From an uncultured Pseudomonadota bacterium (GTDB taxonomy: Bacteria > Chloroflexota > UBA5177 > JAJPKF01), in NCBI GenBank assembly GCA_963836045.1, contig CAWIIC010000005.1, forward strand, positions 821,646-885,645: a DNA stretch of 64,000 bases, read 5' to 3'. A program made the position numbers and the translations under genes. Below, in pieces: positions 36,881-46,122 of this stretch. Position 1 is the stretch's first letter; every line of letters begins with the position of its first letter. The notes beneath the pieces were generated by a model. It ran no database searches, had not been told where the DNA came from, and saw nothing but the letters and a program-made list of their open reading frames with translations.

Positions 36881-36890
36881 GGCAACTCCG

Positions 36891-38639
36891 TCAGCTGGGC
36901 CGATATCCATTCGTGATTGGTAGCCGTCGGTCCTTGCCGAATGCTCGGGTCGTGATGCGGATGCCGGGCGGTGCCTGACGACGTTTGTACTCGTTAACGT
37001 CGACGAGTCGCACGATTCGCTGCACCAGCGCTCGGTCATAACCCATGGCCGCGATCTCGTCGATAGATCGGTCATCCTCGATATAGGCTTCGAGGACCGC
37101 GTCCAGGATCTCGTATGGGGGAAGACTATCGCTGTCGAGCTGCTCCTCACGAAGCTCGGCGGAGGGCGCCTTGTCGAACACGTTCTGCGGGATCAGCGCA
37201 CCGCCGGCCTTCTCGTTGCGCCAGCCGGCCAGACGGTAGACCAGCGATTTGTACACATCTTTGAGAACGGCGTAGCCGCCTGCCGTGTCTCCGTATAGGG
37301 TGCTGTACCCTACCGCGGTTTCGCTCTTATTGCCGGTCGTGAGCACCATGCCGCCAAACTTGTTGGTGAGCGCCATCAGGAGAATGCCGCGGATCCGCGC
37401 TTGTACGTTCTCCTCTGTGATGTCGAATGGCCGTTCTTCGAAGACCGGTGCGAGCGCCTCGAGGGTCGCCTCGAACTGCCCCTCTATCGGAATGGTAAGG
37501 AAGCAGATCCCGAGATTGTGCGCCAGGGTCGCCGCGTCGCTCCTGCTGTGGTCGGAAGAGAAACGGGACGGCATGGACACGCCCGTGACCCGTGCCGCGC
37601 CAAGCGCATCAACCGCGATCACGGCGGTAAGGGCCGAGTCAATTCCTCCCGAGAGCCCGATATAGACCCGCTCGAACCGGTTTTTCGTAACGTAGTCACG
37701 CGTGCCCAACACCAGAGCGTTGTACGCCTCCTCCTCCGGTGAGCACTCAGGCGGGGAGCTTCGGGTCGCGGTAGGCGTCGAGTGGGGCGTCGCCCGCGGA
37801 AGGCTGAGAGGGGTCGTGATCACATCCACTCCTCCGTTGCCAAGGACCGAAGGTATCTGCATCTGACGGCGTCGCGTGTCGTGAAGACGTGCGCCAAACA
37901 CTCCACCGATGTCCAGGTCGGCGACGATCATGTCCTCGTCAAACGCTCGTCCCCACGCAACGATGTCCCCATTCCAGTCAAAGACGCGGCTGTTGCCCTC
38001 GAAAACGAGCTCGTCCTGCCCGCCGACCAAGTTGAGGTACGCCACGTAGGCGATCTCATCTTGAGCGCGAGTTGCGATCATTCGGTTCCGCTGATGCTGC
38101 CGGCCAAAGCTGTAGGGTGACGCGTTGATGTTCATGATCAGCTCGGCTCCCGAGGCCGTCTCGACAGTCGCCGGGCCCACCGGGTACCAGATATCCTCGC
38201 ATATGGTGACGCCGACCTTAACATCGCGAACACTAACCACTTCCGCTCGATTGCCCGCTCGAAAGTGCCGCTGCTCGTCAAACACGGCATAGTTGGGCAG
38301 GAAGCACTTATGATAAATGCCGGCAATCGTTCCCTGTTGCAGAATGGCCGCGGCGTTATACACGTCGCCATCGGTATCGACGAACCCGACAATCGCCGTC
38401 ATGTCCCCAATCGAAGCAGCAACTCGATCGAGCTCTCTTCGGTTAGCCGCAATGAAGTCGGGCTTGAGGACCAAGTCTTCGGGTGGGTATCCCGTGATCG
38501 TCAGCTCTGGGAAGGCAACGATATCGGCCTCTACGTCGGCTGCCCGCCCGGCCCACTCGATGACCTTGTCGGCATTGCCACTCAGATCGCCTACAACCAG
38601 GTTGACTTGGGCTAGCGCAATTCGAAGCGTACGGATCAC
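36891..38639 (-). CDS. nadE: glutamine-dependent NAD+ synthetase (nitrilase domain plus NAD synthetase domain)
   Basis: IALAQVNLVVGD, FPELTITGYP, CEDIW, and SGGIDS (PP-loop). GTG 38639 is preceded by GGAGGAAGG. Confidence 0.9.
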   Translation of the reverse strand: MIRTLRIALAQVNLVVGDLSGNADKVIEWAGRAADVEADIVAFPELTITGYPPEDLVLKPDFIAANRRELDRVAASIGDMTAIVGFVDTDGDVYNAAAILQQGTIAGIYHKCFLPNYAVFDEQRHFRAGNRAEVVSVRDVKVGVTICEDIWYPVGPATVETASGAELIMNINASPYSFGRQHQRNRMIATRAQDEIAYVAYLNLVGGQDELVFEGNSRVFDWNGDIVAWGRAFDEDMIVADLDIGGVFGARLHDTRRRQMQIPSVLGNGGVDVITTPLSLPRATPHSTPTATRSSPPECSPEEEAYNALVLGTRDYVTKNRFERVYIGLSGGIDSALTAVIAVDALGAARVTGVSMPSRFSSDHSRSDAATLAHNLGICFLTIPIEGQFEATLEALAPVFEERPFDITEENVQARIRGILLMALTNKFGGMVLTTGNKSETAVGYSTLYGDTAGGYAVLKDVYKSLVYRLAGWRNEKAGGALIPQNVFDKAPSAELREEQLDSDSLPPYEILDAVLEAYIEDDRSIDEIAAMGYDRALVQRIVRLVDVNEYKRRQAPPGIRITTRAFGKDRRLPITNGYRPS

Positions 38640-38902
38640 GGCCGACCTTCCTCCAAAGCACGGTGTTTGGACGACCAGTGAAGTCAAGCATGACTCGCTC
38701 TTCAACCCGCCCGTCCATTCTGGCACCGGCACGCGCCGCAGGGTCTCGAGATCGCTGTGTTGTTCGTCGTAGTTTTGCTTGTCGCGCAGCTACCTTTGCC
38801 CGGCCTACTGACGGACAGGCTGGGCTAATTCGATCAAGCGTCACTCACACAGCGGCGGCCTCCGCCGGCGTCGCGTTCCGTCTAAGCACGGCGTGGTCGG
38901 GG

Positions 38903-39148
38903 TTAGAGGTGCCCGGCGAATAACTCCAGCAGACTAATGGCTGCGCTGCCGGCCAGAACAAGAACGGCAAGCAGCGTGATTGAGATCAGGGCCAGGAGCA
39001 CTCCGTCCTCAATCAAACTCTGGCGGCTCCTGAATGGCCTGCGAAAACCCTTCGTTTGGTCGCGCACGCCTGGCGCATCCCGGCCCGCCGTGGCTGGGCC
39101 GGCGCCAGAGGGACGTCCCCGGCTGCTTTCTCGCGAAGCGATCGTCAC
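38903..39148 (-). CDS. possible Flp/Fap-type pilin-like small protein; start uncertain
   Basis: C-terminal half FRSRQSLIEDGVLLALISITLLAVLVLAGSAAISL resembles the Flp prepilin core (..G.TAIEYGLIAALIA..). No tad genes are nearby. Confidence 0.3.
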   Translation of the reverse strand: MTIASRESSRGRPSGAGPATAGRDAPGVRDQTKGFRRPFRSRQSLIEDGVLLALISITLLAVLVLAGSAAISLLELFAGHL

Positions 39149-39321
39149 TTGCCTTTCGAAAGTATCGATACGTGATATGGACCCTGGTAATCAACACAGC
39201 CTCATCGATCCATAGGACATTCGGCTCTTGAGTCGGGCGAGTCCTACAAGACGTCTAGCGGAGATAGACTCAGGGTGAGACCCTGGAACCGGCTAGCACC
39301 TCCTTCATGAAGGGAATAGGT

Positions 39322-40281
39322 ATGGAACTGCGCGGAATCCACCACGTCACGGCGGTTTCTGGAAGCGCGGGAGCGAACCTCGATTTCTACACTCGAGTAC
39401 TCGGCCTGCGCCTCGTGAAGAAGACGGTGAATCAAGACGTCATCGACACGTATCATCTTTTCTACGGCGACGAGGTCGGTCACCCTGGAACCGAGATAAC
39501 ATTCTTCGAGTGGCCGGACGCCGGTCCGCACCAATTGGGCTCAGGCGATGTGGTTGGTACCGCGTTCGCCGTCAACGATCATTCGGCTCTGGAGTGGTGG
39601 GCGACCCGTTTCGACCGGATGGATGTAGCCCACGATGAGATCGCCGCCAGAGCCGGACGTCCCTCCATGACGTTCCGGGATCCAGAGGGACAAAGACTTG
39701 AGCTGACTATTGGGGAGCGTCCGGATGTCACACCATGGGCCGACGGTCCGGTTCCCCCAAACGTGGCTATCCGTGGGTTCGCGGCCGTCGAGCTCAGTGT
39801 TTCTCGGATAGGTCCAACTCGAGTCCTGCTTGAAAAGGTGCTTGGCTTTCGACAGGCCGGGGAATACTTGGATCCTGGCGGACAGAAGGTACTGCTGTTC
39901 GAGACTGGAGCCGGAGGTACCGGAACCCAGGTCAGGGTTCGCGAAGCAGACGCCACCGGACATGCACAGGTTGGCATCGGCGGCGTCCACCATGTTGCGT
40001 TTCGCACTCCGACCTTTCAAGAGCACGAAGGGTGGCAGCGGCTGCTGGCCAGGGCCGGAGTCGGCGTGACTCCGGTAATCGATCGCTTCTACTTCCACTC
40101 GATCTACTTTCGCGAGCCAGGTGGTGTTCTCTTTGAAATCGCGACGGACGGGCCGGGCTTCACCGCCGACGAGGACCAGGCACACCTCGGTGAGGGCCTT
40201 TCTCTGCCGCCTTTTCTCGAGTCTCAGCGCGCTCAGATCGAGGCAGCCCTACCCCCAATCGAACCCGTCTCGGTGCCGTAG
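39322..40281 (+). CDS. two-domain VOC-superfamily ring-cleaving dioxygenase (MhqO/YfiE-like)
   Basis: GIHHVTAVSG...LDFYTRVLGLRLVKKTVNQD...YHLFYGD...PGTEITFFEW, and a second domain with GGVHHVAFR...SIYFREPGGVLFEIATD. Confidence 0.8.
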   Translation: MELRGIHHVTAVSGSAGANLDFYTRVLGLRLVKKTVNQDVIDTYHLFYGDEVGHPGTEITFFEWPDAGPHQLGSGDVVGTAFAVNDHSALEWWATRFDRMDVAHDEIAARAGRPSMTFRDPEGQRLELTIGERPDVTPWADGPVPPNVAIRGFAAVELSVSRIGPTRVLLEKVLGFRQAGEYLDPGGQKVLLFETGAGGTGTQVRVREADATGHAQVGIGGVHHVAFRTPTFQEHEGWQRLLARAGVGVTPVIDRFYFHSIYFREPGGVLFEIATDGPGFTADEDQAHLGEGLSLPPFLESQRAQIEAALPPIEPVSVP

Positions 40282-40926
40282 CGCAGCACGAGCGGGCCGG
40301 GCTGCATGAGATTCGTGAACATATGTAATCCGGCCGGTCCGTCCCGCGGACAGTGCGCAATAGTCCGCGGGCACAACGAGGCCCACCTTCGGTCCTACCC
40401 GGAGAGGATTGAATTCAACACCACCTCCGCGTATCCGGTGAAGACGATAAGTCGACCGTGCGGCATCAAACGAGCGTGTATAAGTTCGGGGACAAAGATG
40501 TGGAGTCTCTGTTTAGAACTGTGGAATAAGGTTGCCGGCCCGCCCGACAGCGGTGGCCCGTCGCCGGGCAATCCGCGTCCCGGGCGGCGGGAGAGGCTCG
40601 ATGACATAACCTGCATCGACTTCCCCCTGCTGCAATCTGCCACTTGTGCCGGTTTCTCTTAATCGGTATAGTGTCAATGATCGCGCACTGATTGGGGGAC
40701 ATCGTGCCGGAAGTCGTAACCAGTTTTTGGCCGAGCATGTTCATCTTGCTCGGGTTTGCCTACCTACTTCTGCCTACGGCCAGAATCAAGCACTAGAGGG
40801 CGTCGCCGCTTCATCTGCTGACCCAGCTCCTTTAGGTTCAGCCAACCTGACGACGGGTCGCCGGTTCGGCTCGCCCTTTCCGGGAACGGGCGAGCAAGTC
40901 CCGGTAGCCACCCAGTAGACTTCAAA

Positions 40927-41937
40927 ATGAAGTTCGGGACAGTGTTGGAAGCCATATCGTTTCATCGGGACGTAGCGGATGCGGGAGAGCTGCTCACGGT
41001 CTCGGCCGTATTCAGAGGCTCCTTGCATCTCGAGCTGCCCCGTGGACGTGTGGGTACCCTGACGACCGCCGTCCGAAATGGGCCGTTGACCGTGCGCGTC
41101 CGTTCTGCTCTATGGGATGATTCGTGGATCGGGCGGCGGGTTGCGCTGTCCTATCTCCGCGACACCGGATTCGTTGCACCCTTCCAGAAGAATCTCGCCG
41201 TTCTTGACTCGGGTGACTATGTCGTGGATATGAGCCGGGCGCTGCCCTGGGAGCCCGACCGCACATCGGTAGATTGCCACCCTACGGTGTTGAAGGTGCA
41301 GTCGAAGCAGCTTCGTGAGCTTGCCGGTCGGTCCGCAATCCTGGCAGACGATCGGCTGGGCCACGCCCTCCGCGAGTCACGTGCCCTGGCACTCAAGGCC
41401 ATGCGGTCTCACGATCTCGACGGCCTGACCGTTAACGCTGGTCGGCTTCTCGGTCTAGGACCCGGACTCACTCCGGCGGGCGATGACTGGCTGTGCGGCA
41501 TGACCATCGGCTTGTATCACCTCACTCTCGGTGATCACAACGTTCGCCGGTTAGCAAGTGACCTTCTGGCCTCCTTCTCTCAAGCGGTCCGCGTGGCGAA
41601 TACCACTCCGCTATCGCAAACGCTGCTCGCCTATGCGGTGGAGGGCGTGGGCGATGCCGGGCTCACAACCCTGGCCCGGGGCCTCGGAATGCCCTGCCCT
41701 GAGCTGAAACGGAGGGCGTGCGAGCTGGACGGCGTCGGCCATACCTCTGGATGTGACATGATGCTTGGAGTGGCCGACGCCGCCAGTTTCGTGGCACAGC
41801 ACTGTGCCGGCCACGAATCGGTGATACGTGGGAGCTGCCGTCTCCCGGGCCGGCACTACCGACATCCATGTAGGGAGGGGAGTTGGAGCGGCGCATTGAG
41901 GTTCGGCGGAACTTGTACTATGACTCCGTGCGCCTGA
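40927..41937 (+). CDS. DUF2877 protein (YlbF/AllH-like subunit of the oxamate carbamoyltransferase family)
   Basis: GLGPGLTPAGDDWLCG and GHTSG motifs typical of DUF2877. The 3' end overlaps the fdrA-like start by 55 nt. Confidence 0.75.
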   Translation: MKFGTVLEAISFHRDVADAGELLTVSAVFRGSLHLELPRGRVGTLTTAVRNGPLTVRVRSALWDDSWIGRRVALSYLRDTGFVAPFQKNLAVLDSGDYVVDMSRALPWEPDRTSVDCHPTVLKVQSKQLRELAGRSAILADDRLGHALRESRALALKAMRSHDLDGLTVNAGRLLGLGPGLTPAGDDWLCGMTIGLYHLTLGDHNVRRLASDLLASFSQAVRVANTTPLSQTLLAYAVEGVGDAGLTTLARGLGMPCPELKRRACELDGVGHTSGCDMMLGVADAASFVAQHCAGHESVIRGSCRLPGRHYRHPCREGSWSGALRFGGTCTMTPCA

Positions 41938-43355
41938 TGCGCGTGTCGGAAGCGTTGCAGCGAATGCCCGGCGTCGTGTCGGCATCTACGGTGATGGGCA
42001 CCGAGATGAATATCGGCCTTCTGGCTCGCGACGGTTTCTCCATCCAGGACGTTACCCGCGCCGGGCCATCTGATCTCGTCATTGCAGTCGCCGCCGAGGA
42101 TTTGGCGTCGCTCGAGCGGGCAATGGAGGGAATCGAGGCCGCGTTGGCTGCTCGCGCCACCCCGCACGTCGTGGACCGTGATCCGCCGGCGTGGAGCCAG
42201 GCGGTATTCCGAGAAGCGCCGGACAGCAACGTTGCCGTCATAGCCGTCCCGGGCGAGCACGCCGCGCTCGAGGCCTGGACGGCTCTCCGTGCTGGTCGTC
42301 ACGCCTTCATTTTCAGCGACAACATGCCCGTCTCCCAGGAGGTAGCGCTCAAGCGATTTGCTGCCCAACAGAACCTGCTCGTGATGGGGCCGGACTGCGG
42401 GACGGCAATCCTGGGCGGAGTCGGACTTGGATTCGCGAATCGGGTGCGCCGAGGCACGATTGGTCTGGTCGGCGCGTCGGGAACGGGCCTTCAGCACGTG
42501 TCGTGCCTGCTGGATGCATGGGGCGGAGGAATCGCGGCCGCGATCGGCACGGGCAGCCGCGACCTGTCGGCCGACGTTGGTGGCATCATGACGATGGCGG
42601 CGATCGATCTCTTGGCGCGAGATGACCGCGTTGACCGCATTGGCCTGATTTCCAAGCCTGGGGACGCGCCCACAACCAGGCGGGTTCTAGATCACCTCGC
42701 CCAGTCGGGGAAACCGGCAGTGGCTTGCTTGCTTGGGGCTGAAGTCGGTGCGACGCAACTTGAGATTGCCCCCACCCTGGCTCGAGCGGCTGCCGCGCTG
42801 CTGGGTCTGCCCCCGGATAGCGATATGACCCCATGCTCCAACTCAAGTCCCGACGGGGGCCAGCCGGGGCCAAATGCCTTCTCCAAGGCGGTCTCGCTAA
42901 CCGGTGTGTTTTGCGGTGGAACGCTCTGCCAGGAAGCTCTGAGAATTTGCTCAGAGGTGGCGCCCCAAGCAGTGTTGCGCTTCGTCGACGCTGGGGCGGA
43001 TGAGTACACGCGCGGCCGCGCCCATCCCATGATCGATCCACGCATTCGCTCCCGGTTGATCGTCGAGGCTGCCGCCTCCACCGATGTGCTGCTCGTGGAC
43101 GTCGTGCTCGGAGATCTGGCTCATCGCGACCCGGCCGGGGTTCTCGTTCCGGCTGTTGACGAGGCTGGCCGGCTAGCTGAGGCACGAGGTACGACGCTTC
43201 ACGCGGTCTCCGTTCTCGTCGGAACTCACTCCGACCCCCAGAGTCTCGATGCACAGCGAGGGACACTTCAGTCCGCCGGGATCGCGGTATTCGAATCGAA
43301 CGAACAAGCGGCCACGCATGCCGCTTTGTTGGCCCTGGGCGTTGCTGCTCCATGA
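41883..43355 (+). CDS. fdrA: FdrA/AllF-like acyl-CoA-synthetase-fold protein (succinyl-CoA synthetase alpha-like)
   Basis: N-terminus IEVRRNLYYDSVRLMRVS (compare E. coli FdrA ...KKGCFQDSVSLM) and MGPDCGTA. TTG start is preceded by GGGAGGGGAG. Confidence 0.8.
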   Translation: MERRIEVRRNLYYDSVRLMRVSEALQRMPGVVSASTVMGTEMNIGLLARDGFSIQDVTRAGPSDLVIAVAAEDLASLERAMEGIEAALAARATPHVVDRDPPAWSQAVFREAPDSNVAVIAVPGEHAALEAWTALRAGRHAFIFSDNMPVSQEVALKRFAAQQNLLVMGPDCGTAILGGVGLGFANRVRRGTIGLVGASGTGLQHVSCLLDAWGGGIAAAIGTGSRDLSADVGGIMTMAAIDLLARDDRVDRIGLISKPGDAPTTRRVLDHLAQSGKPAVACLLGAEVGATQLEIAPTLARAAAALLGLPPDSDMTPCSNSSPDGGQPGPNAFSKAVSLTGVFCGGTLCQEALRICSEVAPQAVLRFVDAGADEYTRGRAHPMIDPRIRSRLIVEAAASTDVLLVDVVLGDLAHRDPAGVLVPAVDEAGRLAEARGTTLHAVSVLVGTHSDPQSLDAQRGTLQSAGIAVFESNEQAATHAALLALGVAAP

Positions 43356-44758
43356 ATCTCATGGAGGAAGTGAACCCCGTTATCGTCGGGCCTGATATCT
43401 TTGCTCAGGCGATCTCGGACCAGGCCGCAAAGCACTACGATGTCGAATGGCGCCCGCCCCTGGCATCGGAGGCGCTCCTGGCTGTCTACTCAAATGACGC
43501 GGCGTTCTCCCGAATGACAGCCGGCAACCGGGAGGCCCTCTCCCGGCTCCTGAGTGCTCGGTGCCGGGTCGTCGACGTGGCGCTCGCTGCCGACGTGATT
43601 CCGGGCATGCAGAAGGGGGTCCTCCTGCATGCTGGGCCGCCACTCGACTGGGCCCATGCCGGCGGGCCTATGCGGGGAGCCCTGATCGGGGCTGTTGTAT
43701 ACGAGGGCTGGGCCGGAAGTCACGAGTCGGCCGAGCACGAGCTGGCCAGGGGGAACATCGAGCTGTCTCCATGTCACGCTCACGATGCGGTCGGTCCAAT
43801 GGCCGGCGTGATCTCGCCGTCGATGCCTGTCTTCGTGGTTGCAAACCAGGCATTTGACGCCGTCGCCTACGCCACCTTGAATGAGGGCTTGGGCAGAGTC
43901 CTGCGCTACGGAGCGAACGACGAGAGCGTCCTCGAACGCCTTCAATGGCTTGCCGCGGTGGCCGGTCCGTTGCTTGGTGCCGCGATCCGCCGGGCCGGCG
44001 GTATAGATCTGACGTCTCTGATTGCCCAGGCCCTGCAGATGGGAGATGAGCTGCACAACCGAAACAAGGCCGCGACGTCGCTCTTTGTCCGCGAGATAGC
44101 TCCGCACCTGTATGCCGCCGCTGCCGGCGGAGAGATTGCCCACGACCCCGTCCCCCTCTTTCAATATCTCGCCGGCACCGATGTGTTCTTTCTCAACCTC
44201 GCCATGGCCGCCTGCAAGGCCGCCCTGATGCCCACCATGGACGTTCCGGGGTCCACGATGGTGACTGCCATGGCCCGCAACGGCACGGACTTCGGAATCT
44301 GGATGTCAGGCACCGGGCGGCGATGGTTTACCTCACCCGCGGCCGAGGTTGACGCCTTGTTCTTCCCGGGTTACGGCTCCGAGGACGCCAGTCCCGATCT
44401 CGGCGACAGTGCGATCACCGAGACGGCTGGCTTGGGCGGCTTCGCCTTGGCCGCCGCCCCCGCGATCGTCCAGTTCATCGGCGGCTCGGTGGATCTCGGC
44501 AGGGCTGTCACGGAAGAGATGTATCAGATCAGTCTCGGCGAGCACTCGATGTATCAGATGCCCGCGATGGATTTTCGCGGCACTCCCGTGGGCATAGACG
44601 CGGTTGCCGTAAGTCGGTCCGGCGTCGCGCCGGTTCTGGATACCGGCGTGGCCCACCGGGAGGCCGGCATAGGCCAGATTGGCGCCGGGATCGTGCGCGT
44701 TCCGCTGGAGCCTTTTGCCGACGCGGTCGTGGCCTTGGTAACCACAATCCAACACTGA
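43352..44758 (+). CDS. DUF1116 protein (YlbE/AllG-like)
   Basis: Sits directly after fdrA with ATGA coupling. Size and position match YlbE-type partners. The family call rests on context and general resemblance. Confidence 0.65.
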   Translation: MNLMEEVNPVIVGPDIFAQAISDQAAKHYDVEWRPPLASEALLAVYSNDAAFSRMTAGNREALSRLLSARCRVVDVALAADVIPGMQKGVLLHAGPPLDWAHAGGPMRGALIGAVVYEGWAGSHESAEHELARGNIELSPCHAHDAVGPMAGVISPSMPVFVVANQAFDAVAYATLNEGLGRVLRYGANDESVLERLQWLAAVAGPLLGAAIRRAGGIDLTSLIAQALQMGDELHNRNKAATSLFVREIAPHLYAAAAGGEIAHDPVPLFQYLAGTDVFFLNLAMAACKAALMPTMDVPGSTMVTAMARNGTDFGIWMSGTGRRWFTSPAAEVDALFFPGYGSEDASPDLGDSAITETAGLGGFALAAAPAIVQFIGGSVDLGRAVTEEMYQISLGEHSMYQMPAMDFRGTPVGIDAVAVSRSGVAPVLDTGVAHREAGIGQIGAGIVRVPLEPFADAVVALVTTIQH

Positions 44759-44790
44759 CAGCGACCAACACGCATACCAAACCCGGCTAT
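44749..44790 (+). repeat. degenerate heptamer array overlapping the DUF1116 stop (AACACTG ACAGCGA CCAACAC GCATACC AAACCCG)
   Basis: ACTGACAGCGACCAACA matches ACTGACAACGACCACCA at 31543 in 15 of 17 positions. Confidence 0.45.
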
Positions 44791-44907
44791 TGCGAGGCTT
44801 CAAGCTCACGGTCCGTAGGCCAGGATCAAGGGCCTAGAGGAGATAGAACGGTTGCCAGGATCTGCGATACTTCACAAGTTGGCTGAGGCGCTTGAGGTTA
44901 CCTCCCA

Positions 44908-45126
44908 ATGAAATCGAGGGCTTTGAGGCAGATCGCCATTGCAGTGATTGCTTTGTCAGTTACGGTAGCCGGTCTCGGAGCGCAACAACTAGTGTCGGGC
45001 TGGTGCGGCACAGACGGCATTGGCTCGCATGGAGTCTGCCAACGACAAGACAATCAGTTCAAGGCATATTACCAAAAGCATGCCACTATCTATGTGTCCA
45101 CCTTCCCACCCAAGGCCAATCGTTAG
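44908..45126 (+). CDS. small secreted two-cysteine protein, hypothetical
   Basis: Signal peptide MKSRALRQIAIAVIALSVTVAGLGAQQ. GAGG lies about 12 nt upstream. The region looks locally lower in GC. No family recognised. Confidence 0.4.
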   Translation: MKSRALRQIAIAVIALSVTVAGLGAQQLVSGWCGTDGIGSHGVCQRQDNQFKAYYQKHATIYVSTFPPKANR

Positions 45127-45321
45127 GAGCAGTTAACTAGCGTCCATGTCGACTGTGCATCGAATGTCGGACTCAATCCCGCTTACTACCACCTTAGATC
45201 GTGCTTCCTCCGACATTTTTGGGCGCTCCAAGTTTCACCCATGCTCAAAACGATGTACGATGTCTCTAGCAGGCGGGTAAACAACCATCGCCCGGCTCCA
45301 ATTCTTGGTGCAGGACGCTGA

Positions 45322-46122
45322 ATGGTAGAGGCGGCTGTTCGGTCGCAGGCTGGAACTGTACCGGCTATCCGGGTCGATGGCGTCACCATGCGCTATGGGA
45401 CCAGAGGGCAGCAGGTTCTCGCTCTGTCGGATGTATCGCTTGACATCGCCTCCGGGGAGTTCCTATCCCTTCTCGGGCCGTCCGGCTGCGGGAAGAGCAC
45501 CCTGCTGCGGTTGATCGCCGATCTCCTGCAGCCGACCGCGGGACGGGTGCAGGTTAAGGGCAAGTCTGCCTCACGGTCCCGGCGCGATCGAGACTACGGG
45601 ATGGTGTTTCAGTCGCCCGTTCTGTACGATTGGAGAACAGTCGGCAAGAACGTCCAGCTCCCCCTTGAGATCACCAAGCTGCCTAGACGTGAGCGCGAGG
45701 AGCGCACCAAGCGCCTGCTGAAGCTCGTCGGACTTCAGGACTTCGAGCACAAGTATCCCTGGCAGCTATCCGGGGGCATGCAGCAGCGTGTCTCGATAGC
45801 TCGTGCGCTCTCCTTCCAGCCCGGCATCCTGCTGATGGATGAGCCGTTCGGCGCCCTCGACGAGATGACCCGCGATCGCCTCAACCTCGAGCTGCTTAAT
45901 GTCTGGAGCGAGACGGGAACGACGATAGTGTTTGTGACGCACAGCATCCCCGAGGCGGTCTTCCTGTCGGACCGAATCGTCGTCATGACGCCCCGCCCGG
46001 GCCGGATTCACACAATCGTCGACGTCGACCTCGAACGTCCGCGATCCTCCCAAACCCGCGAGGATTCCAAGTTCTTCAACTTGATCAGCTCTGTGCGCGG
46101 CCAGCTGGCGGAACACCTATGA
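45322..46122 (+). CDS. ABC transporter ATP-binding protein, NitT/TauT (SsuB/TauB-like) family
   Basis: Walker A GPSGCGKST, signature LSGGMQQRV, Walker B LLMDEPFGALD. Confidence 0.9.
   Translation: MVEAAVRSQAGTVPAIRVDGVTMRYGTRGQQVLALSDVSLDIASGEFLSLLGPSGCGKSTLLRLIADLLQPTAGRVQVKGKSASRSRRDRDYGMVFQSPVLYDWRTVGKNVQLPLEITKLPRREREERTKRLLKLVGLQDFEHKYPWQLSGGMQQRVSIARALSFQPGILLMDEPFGALDEMTRDRLNLELLNVWSETGTTIVFVTHSIPEAVFLSDRIVVMTPRPGRIHTIVDVDLERPRSSQTREDSKFFNLISSVRGQLAEHL

Noticed and set aside
40330-40620. Possible riboswitch in the island leader. Fragments vaguely resemble guanidine-I/ykkC (GGTCC...CGGAGAGG, GGGACAAAG, GGCGGGAGAGG) or a cobalamin element on the opposite strand.
   Set aside because: The pieces are out of order or wrongly spaced relative to the consensus as I remember it. 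No full secondary structure could be assembled by eye. It is kept only as a generic structured-leader finding that needs Infernal.
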